Assembly: GCA_963832165.1 (NCBI GenBank)
Contig: CAWHTE010000003.1
Coordinates: 288,001 to 352,000, forward strand
Length of the DNA: 64,000 nt
Source: an uncultured delta proteobacterium
Lineage (GTDB): Bacteria > Myxococcota_A > UBA9160 > SMWR01
Direction: 5' to 3'
The position numbers and the translations under genes were made by a program. Under the pieces are notes generated by a model. That model was not told the origin of the DNA. It searched no databases and saw only the letters and a list, made by a program, of their open reading frames with translations. Every line of letters starts with the position of its first letter. Position 1 is the stretch's first letter. Shown here in pieces: positions 38,797 through 48,159 of the stretch.

Positions 38797-39855
38797 TTGC
38801 GTCCGCCCCGCTGGCTCGGCGAACGCAATGAATCGCTGGCGCTCCAGCTCGCGCTCGCCCCGCTCGACGTCGCGAGCTGGGTCTACGCGGGTGCTGCGTG
38901 GCTGCACCGCACCGCAGCCGAGCGCGGGATCACGCGGTCGCGCCGTCTCTCCGCGCGCGTCGTCTCCGTGGGCAACCTCGTGGTCGGCGGTACCGCGAAG
39001 ACGCCGCTCGCGGCATGGCTCGCGGCACAGCTGCGCCAGCGCGGCTGGAAGGTGGCGCTCGCGAGCCGTGGTTATGGGCGCGCGGGCCGCGAGCCGGTCG
39101 AGGTGGTGTCGGACGGGCGCTTCGTCCACGGCAGTGCGGCGACCGCGGGCGACGAGCCGATGCTGCTCGCGGCACAGGCGCCCGGGGTGCCGGTGCTGGT
39201 CGGGCGCGATCGCGGGATCGTGGGTCTGCGCGCGTTGTCGGCATTCGGCGCACAGGTGATCGTGCTCGACGACGGCTTTCAGCACCATCGGCTGCAGCGC
39301 GACATCGACGTGCTGACCTTCGACGGTGCGCTCGGTCTCGGCAACCGGCGCGTGTTGCCGCGCGGTCCCTTGCGCGAGTCGCTCACCGCGCTCGCGCGCG
39401 CCGACGCGATCGGCGTCGTGGACGGACCGCTCCCGGAGCGGGACGAAGGCGTGATCGCGTTCCGTGCGCCGCGCGCGTACCGCTTTGCGACGTACCGACG
39501 GCCCAGCGCGCTGCGTCCGCTCGCGGGCGGCGAGGCGCTGCCGCTCGCGGCGCTCTCGGGCGAGCGCGTGGGACTGCTCGCGGCGGTCGCGCGGCCCGAC
39601 TCGGTGCGCCGCACGCTCGAAGCGCTCGGCGCGCACGTGGTGGCCGAGCGGCTGTTCCGCGATCACCACCGCTACGTCGCGAGCGACCTCGTGGGACTCG
39701 CCGACCGGGCGCCTCGCTGGATCACCACAGAGAAGGACGCCGTGAAGCTCCTGCCCGCGTGGACGGGCCGCGCGCGCGTCGACGTGCTCGCGATTCAGCT
39801 CGAGGTCGACGAGCCCGACGCGCTGCTCGACTGGCTCGAGGCGCGGCTGCGCTGA
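38797..39855 (+). CDS. lpxK: Tetraacyldisaccharide 4'-kinase
   Basis: VGNLVVGGTAKTP, SRGYG, GDEP, LDDGFQH, PRGPLRE, TTEKDAVK. Confidence 0.95.
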   Translation: MRPPRWLGERNESLALQLALAPLDVASWVYAGAAWLHRTAAERGITRSRRLSARVVSVGNLVVGGTAKTPLAAWLAAQLRQRGWKVALASRGYGRAGREPVEVVSDGRFVHGSAATAGDEPMLLAAQAPGVPVLVGRDRGIVGLRALSAFGAQVIVLDDGFQHHRLQRDIDVLTFDGALGLGNRRVLPRGPLRESLTALARADAIGVVDGPLPERDEGVIAFRAPRAYRFATYRRPSALRPLAGGEALPLAALSGERVGLLAAVARPDSVRRTLEALGAHVVAERLFRDHHRYVASDLVGLADRAPRWITTEKDAVKLLPAWTGRARVDVLAIQLEVDEPDALLDWLEARLR

Positions 39856-39871
39856 GGCGCGACCGCACTTC

Positions 39872-40690
39872 TCACCGATACAGCCACCTGTGTCGCGCGA
39901 CGCGGCGGCGCTCGTGCGGCAGGTGCGCGAGCAGCGCGCGGCGCAGCGCGCGATCGCCCGCGCAGTAGGCGGCGAACGCGGCAGCACAGCCGCGCGCGCC
40001 GACCTGCTCGACGAGGCCGCGCTTGTAGAGCGCGCGCACGAGGCGCATCAGCTCGCGCATGCGGCGCGCCGGATCGGGCGGTGTGTCGGCGCGCGCGCGG
40101 TCGAGATCGATCACGAGCACTTCGAGATCCCTGCCGTGTTCACAGAGCAGCAGGTTCTTCACGTGCAGGTCCGCATGCGAGCCGCCCGCGTCGTGGAAGC
40201 GCCGGATCGCGGCTCCCGCGGCGCGCGCGCCGCGCAAGAGCTCGGCGCGCGCAGGCTGCGCCGCGAGCCATGCGATGCCGTCGCGCGCGCCCTCCACGTG
40301 CTGCGTTCCGAGAACGGCCGACCAGAGCGGGCCGCGCGAGCGGCGCGCCACCACGAGCACGGGCCGCGGCACGGGAGCTCCGGCCGCGAGCAGGCGCGCG
40401 GTCGCACGCAGCTCGGCCGCCGGGCGCGCGACGCCCCAGATCGTGTCGCGCCAGAGCGGTCCGAGCAGGCCGCCGTGGCGCACGGGCCGCAGGTGCACGC
40501 GCTCGGACCGGCCCGGCAGCGCGACGATCGCGGTCGCGGTGCGCCCACCCGCGGCGCTCGCGCGAAGCGCGCGCTCGACGGCACTCCACTCGGGCCAGCC
40601 CATCGCCGCGAGCGGATCGGCGAGCGCGGCGTCGACGAGCCAATAGAGCGCCGGCTCGCGGCGCTCGATCCAGCGCGGCGCGTCGCCCAC
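39872..40690 (-). CDS. Kdo/LPS kinase (KdkA/InaA family)
   Basis: GGRTAT, LRPVRHGG, HADLHVKNLL, IDLDRA; converges on lpxK. Confidence 0.78.
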   Translation of the reverse strand: MGDAPRWIERREPALYWLVDAALADPLAAMGWPEWSAVERALRASAAGGRTATAIVALPGRSERVHLRPVRHGGLLGPLWRDTIWGVARPAAELRATARLLAAGAPVPRPVLVVARRSRGPLWSAVLGTQHVEGARDGIAWLAAQPARAELLRGARAAGAAIRRFHDAGGSHADLHVKNLLLCEHGRDLEVLVIDLDRARADTPPDPARRMRELMRLVRALYKRGLVEQVGARGCAAAFAAYCAGDRALRRALLAHLPHERRRVARHRWLYR

Positions 40691-40691
40691 G

Positions 40692-41807
40692 TCAGCTCGA
40701 GCGCCGCGCCCGCACCAGGAGCGCGAGGCCCATGGCCGCGAACCCGAGATTGGGCAGCCACATCGCGATCCGGGGCGGGAAGCCCTTCTCGGTGGCGAGC
40801 GACTCGCAGAGAGACTGCAGCGCGTAGTAGCCGAATGCGAGCACTGCGCACAACAGCGCGCCGTAGGAGCGTGCGCCGCGCTTGCGTTGCATGCCGAGCG
40901 GGACACCCACGAGCGCGAACAGCGCCGGTGCGGCCGGCAGTGCATAGCGGCGCTCGAGATGGGCCGCGTAGGCGGCCGGCTCCTCGCGCAGGTGCTCGCT
41001 GGTGCCGACCTCGATCCTCCCCACGGTCGCGCGAAGCTCCGCGAGCGACATCTCGCGCGGGCGCAGGGGGTAGAGCGGGCTCATGAGCTCCGCGACGTCG
41101 ATCTTGTACTCGAGCCGGTCGAACGCGACCCGCTGGTAGCGGTGGTCGTCTTCCTTGCGCGAGTCGATGTGGACGTCGCCGCGCTCGAGCGAGAGCTGGA
41201 GCTCGGCGTGCTCTTCGTCCAGGCGCAGCTCGCCGGTTTCGGCGAACACCAAAAAGGGTCGCTCGGGGTTGGTGCGGTCCGAGATCAGGATGCCGCGCAA
41301 ACGATTCTTGCCCTCGCGCTCGTCGACGTAGAGCGTGCGGTCCCCTACCGAGTTGAACCGACCCGGTTCCACGGACGCTCCGCGCACGAGCATCGTGCGC
41401 ACGGCTACCGACATCGCGCGGCGCGCCGCGGGCTCGACCTCGAGACAAAGCGCGAGGGTCGAGAGCGAGAGCAGCACGCCCAGGAGCGCGATCGGCCCGA
41501 GCAGGCCGCGGATGCCGACCCCGCACGCGCGCATCGCGGTGATCTCCACGTCGCCCGCCATGCGGCCGATTGCGAGCAGCACGCCGAACAGGAAGGAGAC
41601 CGGCAGCGCGTAGATCGCGAGCATCGTGGCGAACAGGCTCACCACGCGCAGCAGATCCTCGGCCACGAAGCCCGCGCCGATCAGCTCGTCGAGCACGCGC
41701 ACGACGCTGCGCGTCACCATCAGGATCGAGATCGCCGCGAGGCCGATCAGCGTGTACGACACGACCTCGCGCGTCACGTACAGGGACAGGGTGCGGGGCC
41801 AGCGCAT
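40692..41807 (-). CDS. lptF: LPS export permease, LptF/LptG family (LptF-like)
   Basis: YVTREV, LPVSFLFGVLLAIGRMAGDVEITAMRACG, ALVGVPLG, MWLPNL. Confidence 0.85.
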   Translation of the reverse strand: MRWPRTLSLYVTREVVSYTLIGLAAISILMVTRSVVRVLDELIGAGFVAEDLLRVVSLFATMLAIYALPVSFLFGVLLAIGRMAGDVEITAMRACGVGIRGLLGPIALLGVLLSLSTLALCLEVEPAARRAMSVAVRTMLVRGASVEPGRFNSVGDRTLYVDEREGKNRLRGILISDRTNPERPFLVFAETGELRLDEEHAELQLSLERGDVHIDSRKEDDHRYQRVAFDRLEYKIDVAELMSPLYPLRPREMSLAELRATVGRIEVGTSEHLREEPAAYAAHLERRYALPAAPALFALVGVPLGMQRKRGARSYGALLCAVLAFGYYALQSLCESLATEKGFPPRIAMWLPNLGFAAMGLALLVRARRSS

Positions 41808-41828
41808 GCGCGCCAATCCTATCTCGCC

Positions 41829-41918
41829 CGATGGACTTCGCTCGCCCACACGATGGACTTCGCTCGCCTGCGGCTCGCTGCGCGAAACTTGCGCTCGCTG
41901 CGCGAGACCTGCATCCAT
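41829..41918. repeat. Intergenic palindromic/tandem repeat element
   Basis: CGATGGACTTCGCTCGCC at 41829 and 41851; GCTCGCTGCGCGA at 41873 and 41893; ATGGA...TCCAT inverted ends. Confidence 0.8.
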
Positions 41919-41950
41919 GCGGTACCTTCCGCCGCCCGCCGGAGCGCCGC

Positions 41951-42961
41951 GTGCCCAGATTCGACATCCGTCGCCTCGAACGCCTGATCGACGACTTTCG
42001 CAACGTGCGCCTACTGGTGCTCGGCGACCTCGTACTCGACGAGTACATCTGGGGGCGGGTCGAGCGGATCAGCCCCGAAGCGCCCGTGCCCGTGGTGCAC
42101 GTGCGCAACGAGACCACCATGCTCGGCGGCGCGGCCAACGCCGCGCGCAACGTGGTCGCGTTGGGCGGCTCGGTCGACGTGTGCTCCGTGATCGGCGACG
42201 ACGGGGCAGGGCGTCGGGTGGTCGAGCTGCTCAAGGACCTCGGCGTCGATCCGGGCGGACTCGTGCACGATCCCGAACGGCCAACCACGCGCAAGAGCCG
42301 CGTGATCGCGCAGCAGCAGCAGGTGGTGCGCTTCGATCGCGAGACGGCGGAGCCGCCGCCCGCGCGCGTGGGCCGCGAGCTGCTCGAGAGGCTCGAGCGT
42401 CTGATCCCGCGCGCCGACGGCGCGATCATCGAGGACTACGGGAAGGGCGTGTTGTCGCGGCGCCTCGCGTCCGCGGCGATGAAGCGCTTCCGCGCCGCGA
42501 AGCTGCCGGTGGCCGTGGATCCGAAGTCCGACCTCGCGCCTTACCGCGGCGCCTCACTGCTCAAGCCGAACCAGCGCGAGACGGAGATCCTGAGCGGAAT
42601 CGAGATCCGCAGCCGCGAGGACCTGTCGCGCGCAGTCGCGCGGTTGCGCCGCCGGATCGGAGGCGGCGCCGTGGTCGTCACGCGCGGGTCCGACGGGATG
42701 TCGCTCTTCGAATCCGAAGGACCCGGCGTCGACGTGGCGTGCGCCTCTCGCGAAGTGTTCGACGTGCAGGGCGCGGGCGACACCGCGATCGCCGCGCTCG
42801 TGCTCGCGCTGCGCGCGGGCGGGAGTCTGTTCGAGGCCGCGATCATCGCGAATGCGGCGTCGGGAATCGTGGTGGGAAAGGTGGGCACCGCGACCGCGAG
42901 CGCCGACGAAGTGAAGGTCGCGCTGCCGGCCGCGCTCGCCGCGGCGACGGGCCGCGCATGA
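41951..42961 (+). CDS. rfaE1: D-glycero-beta-D-manno-heptose-7-phosphate kinase (RfaE domain I)
   Basis: RISPEAPVPV, GGAANAARN, DYGKG, VDPK, DVQGAGDT, VGKVGT. Confidence 0.93.
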   Translation: MPRFDIRRLERLIDDFRNVRLLVLGDLVLDEYIWGRVERISPEAPVPVVHVRNETTMLGGAANAARNVVALGGSVDVCSVIGDDGAGRRVVELLKDLGVDPGGLVHDPERPTTRKSRVIAQQQQVVRFDRETAEPPPARVGRELLERLERLIPRADGAIIEDYGKGVLSRRLASAAMKRFRAAKLPVAVDPKSDLAPYRGASLLKPNQRETEILSGIEIRSREDLSRAVARLRRRIGGGAVVVTRGSDGMSLFESEGPGVDVACASREVFDVQGAGDTAIAALVLALRAGGSLFEAAIIANAASGIVVGKVGTATASADEVKVALPAALAAATGRA

Positions 42962-43848
42962 TCCTGTCCATGACCGGTTTCGGAAACGTGCGCTTCCAGG
43001 TCGACGCGTGGACGTTCGAGCTCGAGATGAGGTCGGTGAATCACCGGCACTTCGACGCGCGGATCCGGCTGCCGCGCCTGCTCGCGAACCTCGAGCCCGA
43101 CGTGCGCGCGCGCCTGCAGAGCCGCTTCGCGCGCGGGAAGGTCGACCTCACCGTCACGGCTCCCGAAGGAGGCTCTCCGGCGCCGCGCCTCGAAGTCGAC
43201 CTCCAGGCTGCGCGCGCCTATCTCACCGCGGGCCGCGAGCTCGCCGCGAGCGATGGCGTGCGCGGTGAGCTCGACGCGGCCGCGCTGCTCTCGCTGCCGG
43301 GCGTGTCGCGCTTCATCGAGCCCGCGCTCGTGGAAGGCGTGCTGCGCGAGCGCACGCTCGCCGCGATCGACCAGGGTCTCGAGGCGCTGTTCGCGATGCG
43401 CGCGGCCGAGGGCGCGGCGCTCGCGCGCGACCTGCGCGGGCGGCTCGACCGCGTCGCGGAGCTCGCGGGCGAGGTCGAGCAGCGCTCCGGTCTGGTCCAG
43501 GAGTCCGCGCGCGAGCGGCTGCGCAAGCGCGCGCGGCAGCTCGAGTCCGAGACGGGACTGCTCGACGAAGCGCGCCTGCATCAGGAGGTCGCGATCGCGG
43601 CCGAGCGCATGGACGTCACCGAGGAGATCGTGCGGCTGCGCAGCCACATCGATCAGTTCCGGAACCTGCTCGACTCGGCCGGACCCGGGCGGCCGGTCGG
43701 GCGCCAGCTCGAGTTCCTGCTCCAGGAGCTCGTGCGCGAGGTGAACACGATCGGATCGAAGGGCAGCGACGCGCCGATCGCGCACTGGGTGGTGGAGCTG
43801 AAGACGGAGCTCGAGCGGCTGCGCGAGCAGGTGCAGAACATTGAGTAG
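42958..43848 (+). CDS. yicC: YicC/YloC family endoribonuclease
   Basis: SMTGFG, RSVNHR, DVTEEIVRL, REVNTIGSK, REQVQNIE. Confidence 0.95.
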   Translation: MILSMTGFGNVRFQVDAWTFELEMRSVNHRHFDARIRLPRLLANLEPDVRARLQSRFARGKVDLTVTAPEGGSPAPRLEVDLQAARAYLTAGRELAASDGVRGELDAAALLSLPGVSRFIEPALVEGVLRERTLAAIDQGLEALFAMRAAEGAALARDLRGRLDRVAELAGEVEQRSGLVQESARERLRKRARQLESETGLLDEARLHQEVAIAAERMDVTEEIVRLRSHIDQFRNLLDSAGPGRPVGRQLEFLLQELVREVNTIGSKGSDAPIAHWVVELKTELERLREQVQNIE

Positions 43849-44107
43849 CCGGGTCCTGCTCAACATCGGCTACGGCAACCTCGTGGTGTCGTCGCGCGTG
43901 ATCGCGATCGTGTCGCCGGGTGCCGCGCCGATGAAGCGCCTGCGCGACGAAGCCGCCAAGCGCGGCAAGCTCGTGGACTCCACCCAGGGCAGGCGCACGC
44001 GTTCGATCATCCTCATGGACGACGACCACGTGATCCTGTCGGCGATCAACCCCGAGACGATCGCGTCGCGCTTTGCCGCGGAGGAGAGCGAGGCGCTCGA
44101 TCCGTGA
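43841..44107 (+). CDS. remA: DUF370/RemA family protein
   Basis: LNIGYGN, SPGAAPMKRL, DSTQGRRTRSII, HVILSA. Confidence 0.92.
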   Translation: MSSRVLLNIGYGNLVVSSRVIAIVSPGAAPMKRLRDEAAKRGKLVDSTQGRRTRSIILMDDDHVILSAINPETIASRFAAEESEALDP

Positions 44108-44172
44108 GCTGGCGGCGAGGAGCTTCGCGCAGCGAGCGGGCGAAGACTCGGTGCGAGCGAAGACCAGCTCGC
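44104..44172 (+). repeat. Degenerate copy of the 41.8 kb palindromic element within the gmk 5' end
   Basis: TTCGCGCAGCGAGC (44124-44137) and GCGAGCGAAG (44153-44162) match the reverse complement of the 41.8 kb element; flanking GAGCTGG/CCAGCTC stem. Confidence 0.55.
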
Positions 44173-44793
44173 AGGGGCTTTCCGGTGGTCGTGGCGGCTC
44201 CCTCGGGCACCGGCAAGACGACCGTGTGCCGCGAGGTCGTCGCGCGCGATCCCGAGATCGAGTTCTCCATCTCCCACACCACGCGCCCGCGCCGGGAGCG
44301 CGAGCGAGACGGCGTCGACTACCACTTCGTCACTCCGGAGGAGTTCACGCGCCTGGTCGAGACGGGCGCGTTCCTCGAGTGGGCGGAGTACAACGGTCAT
44401 CACTACGGCACGAGCTGGGCCGCGCTCGAAGAGCCACTGCGGCACGGGCGCGACCTCCTGCTCGAGATCGAGGTGCAGGGCGCGCGCCAGGTGCGCGAGA
44501 AGCGCGCCGACGCGCGATTCGTCTTCCTGCTGCCGCCGACGCTCGCGAGCCTGCGCGCGCGACTCGAGGGGCGCGGGAGCGACGACGCCAGCGCGATCGC
44601 CAGGCGGCTCGAGATCGCGCGGCGCGAGATCGATGCGGGAGAGGGCTTCGACTACGCGGTCGTGAACGATCGGCTCGAGACCTGCGTCGGCGAAGTGCTC
44701 GAAATCCTCGCCGCCGAGCGCTCGGGCGACACCGCGCAGTTGCGCGCGCGCTACGCGCCCGGTCCCGCGATCGCGCGGCTGCGCGCGGGCTGA
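44104..44793 (+). CDS. gmk: Guanylate kinase
   Basis: APSGTGKTT, SHTTR, DGVDYHF, FLEWAE, YGT, IEVQGA. Confidence 0.96.
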   Translation: MSWRRGASRSERAKTRCERRPARRGFPVVVAAPSGTGKTTVCREVVARDPEIEFSISHTTRPRRERERDGVDYHFVTPEEFTRLVETGAFLEWAEYNGHHYGTSWAALEEPLRHGRDLLLEIEVQGARQVREKRADARFVFLLPPTLASLRARLEGRGSDDASAIARRLEIARREIDAGEGFDYAVVNDRLETCVGEVLEILAAERSGDTAQLRARYAPGPAIARLRAG

Positions 44794-44849
44794 CGCCTCC
44801 AGCATTCCGGGCCCGAAACCGGTAGATTGGTGAAACCCTCCGATCCGGA

Positions 44850-47018
44850 ATGGGTTTCTCCGTGCCGTATCTGCGTTTCAACGACATCGCGGATCGCATC
44901 CTCGAGTACGACCCGTCGTGTGACCTCGCGCTGCTCCAGCGCGCCTACGTGTTCTCGGCCAAGGTCCACGAGGGTCAGGAGCGCTTGTCCGGAGAGCCCT
45001 ACCTGGTGCACCCGCTCGCGGTCGCCTCGATCCTGGTCGACCTGCGCATGGACGAGGTGACGGTCGCTGCGGGTCTGTTGCACGACACGCTCGAGGACAC
45101 GCTCACCACCGCGGACGAGCTGCACCGCCTGTTCGGCGAGCAGGTGGTATTCCTCGTGGACGGTCTGACCAAGATCGCGCGCGTCGAGTTCAAGTCTTCG
45201 CGCGAACGCCAGGCCGAGAGCTTTCGCAAGATGCTGCTCGCGATGTCGAGCGACATCCGGATCCTCCTGATCAAGCTCGCCGACCGCCTGCACAACATGC
45301 GCACGCTCTCGTACGTCTCCGAGGATCGCGCGCGTCAGATCGCGCAGGAGACCCAGGACATCTACGTGCCCCTCGCGCATCGCCTGGGCATCCACTGGAT
45401 GAAGCACGATCTCGAGGACCTCGCGTTTCGCGCGATCGAGCCCGCTGCCGCGCGCGACCTCGAGCGGCGCCTGCGCTCCAAGCAGAAGGCGCGCAGCCGC
45501 TACATCGACGAGGTGAAGGGCGTGCTCTCGGCCCGCCTGCGCGAGGCGACTCTCGACGCGGAGGTCACGGGGCGGCTCAAGGACCTCGCTTCGATCCACG
45601 CCAAGATGCAACGCGACGGCGTGTCGCTCGACGAGATCTACGACGTGATCGCGTTTCGGATCATCGTCGAGGGCGGCACCGCCGACGTCTACTCGGCGCT
45701 CGGGATCGTGCACGCGATCTGGCGTCCGGTGACGGGCCGTTTCAAGGACTACGTCGCGCTGCCGAAGGCAAACGGGTACCAGTCGCTCCACACCACGGTG
45801 ATCGGACCCTACGGCGAGCGCATGGAGGTGCAGATCCGCACCAGCGCGATGCACCGCGACGCCGAGCTCGGCATCGCCGCGCACTGGAAGTACAAGGCGG
45901 GCAAGGTCGAATCGGACCCCGACGACAGCAAGTTCGCCTGGTTGCGCCAGCTGGTCGAGCGCCACCGCGATCTCGACGACCCGAACGAGTTCATCGAGAC
46001 GGTCAAGATCGACCTGTTCCCCGACGAGGTGTTCGTGTTCACGCCGCGCGGCGACGTGATCGGCCTGCCCGTCGGCGCGACGCCGGTCGACTTCGCCTAC
46101 GCGATCCACAGCGAGGTCGGCGACTCGTGCGCGGGCGCGAAGATCAACGGCAAGCTCGTGTCGCTGCGCCACAAGCTCCAGGACGGAGACACCGTCGAGA
46201 TCCTGACCCACGCGCGGCAGCTGCCGCGCAAGGACTGGCTCGACTTCGTCGTCACGGGCAAGGCGCGCAGCAAGATCCGCCACGCGATCCGCGCCGAGGA
46301 GAAGGAGCGCAGTCGCGAGCTCGGCCGCGAGCTGCTCGATCGCGAGTTCCGCAAGGCCGGGCTCTCGCTGCCCCGCGCGCTCGAACGCCCGGGCATCCTC
46401 GAGCTCGCGCAGCGACACGGCCGCGGTTCGGTCGACGATCTGCTCGCATGGGTGGGCTACGGCCGGATCGAGGCGGCGACGATCGTGCGCGAGCTCCAGG
46501 GCAGCGCCGCGCCGCCCGAGCCCGAGCCCGCGCCGAAGCGCCGCCTGTTCGGACGCGCGAAGGAGGGCAGCAGCAGCGGCCTGCAGGTGGGCGGCCAGTC
46601 CGACGTGATGGTGCGCTTCGGCGGCTGTTGCGCGCCGTTGCCCGGCGACGAGGTGGTCGGCTTCGTGACGCGTGGCCGCGGCGTGACCGTGCATCTCAAG
46701 GATTGCCCGAAGGTCTTCGAGCTCGATCCGGAGCGCCGCATCGACGTCGACTGGCAGACCGGCGCCGGCAACGAAGTGATGCGCAAGATCCGCATGCGCG
46801 TTCGCTCGCAGGATCAGCCGGGTCTGCTCGCGAAGGTCACGAAGTCGATCTCTGCCGAGGGCGTGAACATCGGCGCGGCCGTCGTCACGACGAGCCCGGA
46901 CCGCCTCTCGGAGCAGACCTTCGACGTGTGGGTCCCCGACGTAGCGAAGCTGAATTCGGTCATGAAGGAGATCCGCAAGATCAAGGGCGTGCTCTCGGTC
47001 GAGCGACTCCGGACGTGA
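44850..47018 (+). CDS. rel: Bifunctional (p)ppGpp synthetase/hydrolase (long RSH); start 44850 or 44862
   Basis: SGEPYLVHP, HDTLED, KLADRLHNMRT, NGYQSLHT, EVQIRT, TGS and ACT domains. Confidence 0.96.
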   Translation: MGFSVPYLRFNDIADRILEYDPSCDLALLQRAYVFSAKVHEGQERLSGEPYLVHPLAVASILVDLRMDEVTVAAGLLHDTLEDTLTTADELHRLFGEQVVFLVDGLTKIARVEFKSSRERQAESFRKMLLAMSSDIRILLIKLADRLHNMRTLSYVSEDRARQIAQETQDIYVPLAHRLGIHWMKHDLEDLAFRAIEPAAARDLERRLRSKQKARSRYIDEVKGVLSARLREATLDAEVTGRLKDLASIHAKMQRDGVSLDEIYDVIAFRIIVEGGTADVYSALGIVHAIWRPVTGRFKDYVALPKANGYQSLHTTVIGPYGERMEVQIRTSAMHRDAELGIAAHWKYKAGKVESDPDDSKFAWLRQLVERHRDLDDPNEFIETVKIDLFPDEVFVFTPRGDVIGLPVGATPVDFAYAIHSEVGDSCAGAKINGKLVSLRHKLQDGDTVEILTHARQLPRKDWLDFVVTGKARSKIRHAIRAEEKERSRELGRELLDREFRKAGLSLPRALERPGILELAQRHGRGSVDDLLAWVGYGRIEAATIVRELQGSAAPPEPEPAPKRRLFGRAKEGSSSGLQVGGQSDVMVRFGGCCAPLPGDEVVGFVTRGRGVTVHLKDCPKVFELDPERRIDVDWQTGAGNEVMRKIRMRVRSQDQPGLLAKVTKSISAEGVNIGAAVVTTSPDRLSEQTFDVWVPDVAKLNSVMKEIRKIKGVLSVERLRT

Positions 47019-48142
47019 AAGTCCTCCAGCTCACGAGTGACTGGAAGTGGACCGGGCCCGCTGCGCCGATGGTCCAGCTCGCGGCCGCGCAGCGCGCAGC
47101 GGGTCACGACGTGTCGCTCGTGTGCGCACCCGCGCCGCCCGAGAGCGAGCCGTCGCTGCGCACGCGCGCGCGCGAGGCCGGCTTCACGCCCGCGCTCGAG
47201 TTGTCGCGCGCGCGCGGCGTCCGGCCGCTGCGCGACCGCGCCGACACCGCGCGCCTGCGCGCGCTCTTCGCAACGCGCCGCTTCGACGTGGTCCACACCT
47301 GGCACACGCGCGATCACGTGCTCGCGCTGCGCGCGCGCGCGCGGCTGCCGAGTGCGGCGCAGCCGCGCGTGGTGCGCTCGTACAAGGTCGCCGAGCCGAT
47401 CCCGCGCTGGCCCTGGAACCGCTGGCTGTTCGGGCCCGGCAGCGACGCGCTCGCCTGCGTGTCGGAGGCCGCGGTCGCGGCCAACCGGGGGCTGCGCGGT
47501 GGTCGCCCCGTGGCGGCGATCTACGGCGCCGTCGATCTCACGCGCTTCGCTCCGGCGCCCCCCGACAAGGCCGTGCGCGAGTCGCTCGGGCTCGCGCCCG
47601 AGCACCGTGCGATCGGGATCGTCGCGCGCGCGCAGCGCCACCGCCGTTTCGAGCTGTTGCTCGAGGCGACTGCGCGCATCGCGCGACGCGACGCGAGCAT
47701 GCGCCTGGTCGTGGTCGGCCGCGGCACGCACATCGAGGAGACCGCGGTGCGGCCCGCGGCGCGGCTCGGGATCGCCGACCGCGTGATCTTCGCGGGCTAT
47801 CGCACGGGCGACTACGCCGACGTGTTGCGGTGTATGGACGTGTTCACGTTCCTCGTGCCCGGATCCGATGGCGGCTGCCGCGCGCTGCTCGAGGCCGCGG
47901 CCTGCGCGATCCCCGCGGTGACCTCGCGGCGCGGCGCGCTGCCCGAGCTCGTCTCCAACGGCAGCACCGGGATCCTCGTCGACGAGGATCCCGAGTCGCT
48001 CGCCGCGGCCTGGCAGGCGCTGCTCGACGACCCGCAGCGGCGGGTGGCCATGGGGCGCGCGGCGCGCGCGCGCGCCGAGGCGGAGTGGAGCCCCGAGCGG
48101 CTCGCGGCGAGCGTCGGTGCGCTCTACGCCGCGATTCTGTAG
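47015..48142 (+). CDS. Glycosyltransferase family 4
   Basis: KVLQL...GPA N-terminus; DRVIFAGYR, LLEAAACAIPAV, TGILV. Confidence 0.88.
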   Translation: MKVLQLTSDWKWTGPAAPMVQLAAAQRAAGHDVSLVCAPAPPESEPSLRTRAREAGFTPALELSRARGVRPLRDRADTARLRALFATRRFDVVHTWHTRDHVLALRARARLPSAAQPRVVRSYKVAEPIPRWPWNRWLFGPGSDALACVSEAAVAANRGLRGGRPVAAIYGAVDLTRFAPAPPDKAVRESLGLAPEHRAIGIVARAQRHRRFELLLEATARIARRDASMRLVVVGRGTHIEETAVRPAARLGIADRVIFAGYRTGDYADVLRCMDVFTFLVPGSDGGCRALLEAAACAIPAVTSRRGALPELVSNGSTGILVDEDPESLAAAWQALLDDPQRRVAMGRAARARAEAEWSPERLAASVGALYAAIL

Positions 48143-48159
48143 CGGAAGGCTCGGCGGGG

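Noticed and set aside
41829..41918. Possible mini-CRISPR
   Set aside because: Only two copies of each repeat, 4-7 bp gaps, no cas genes.
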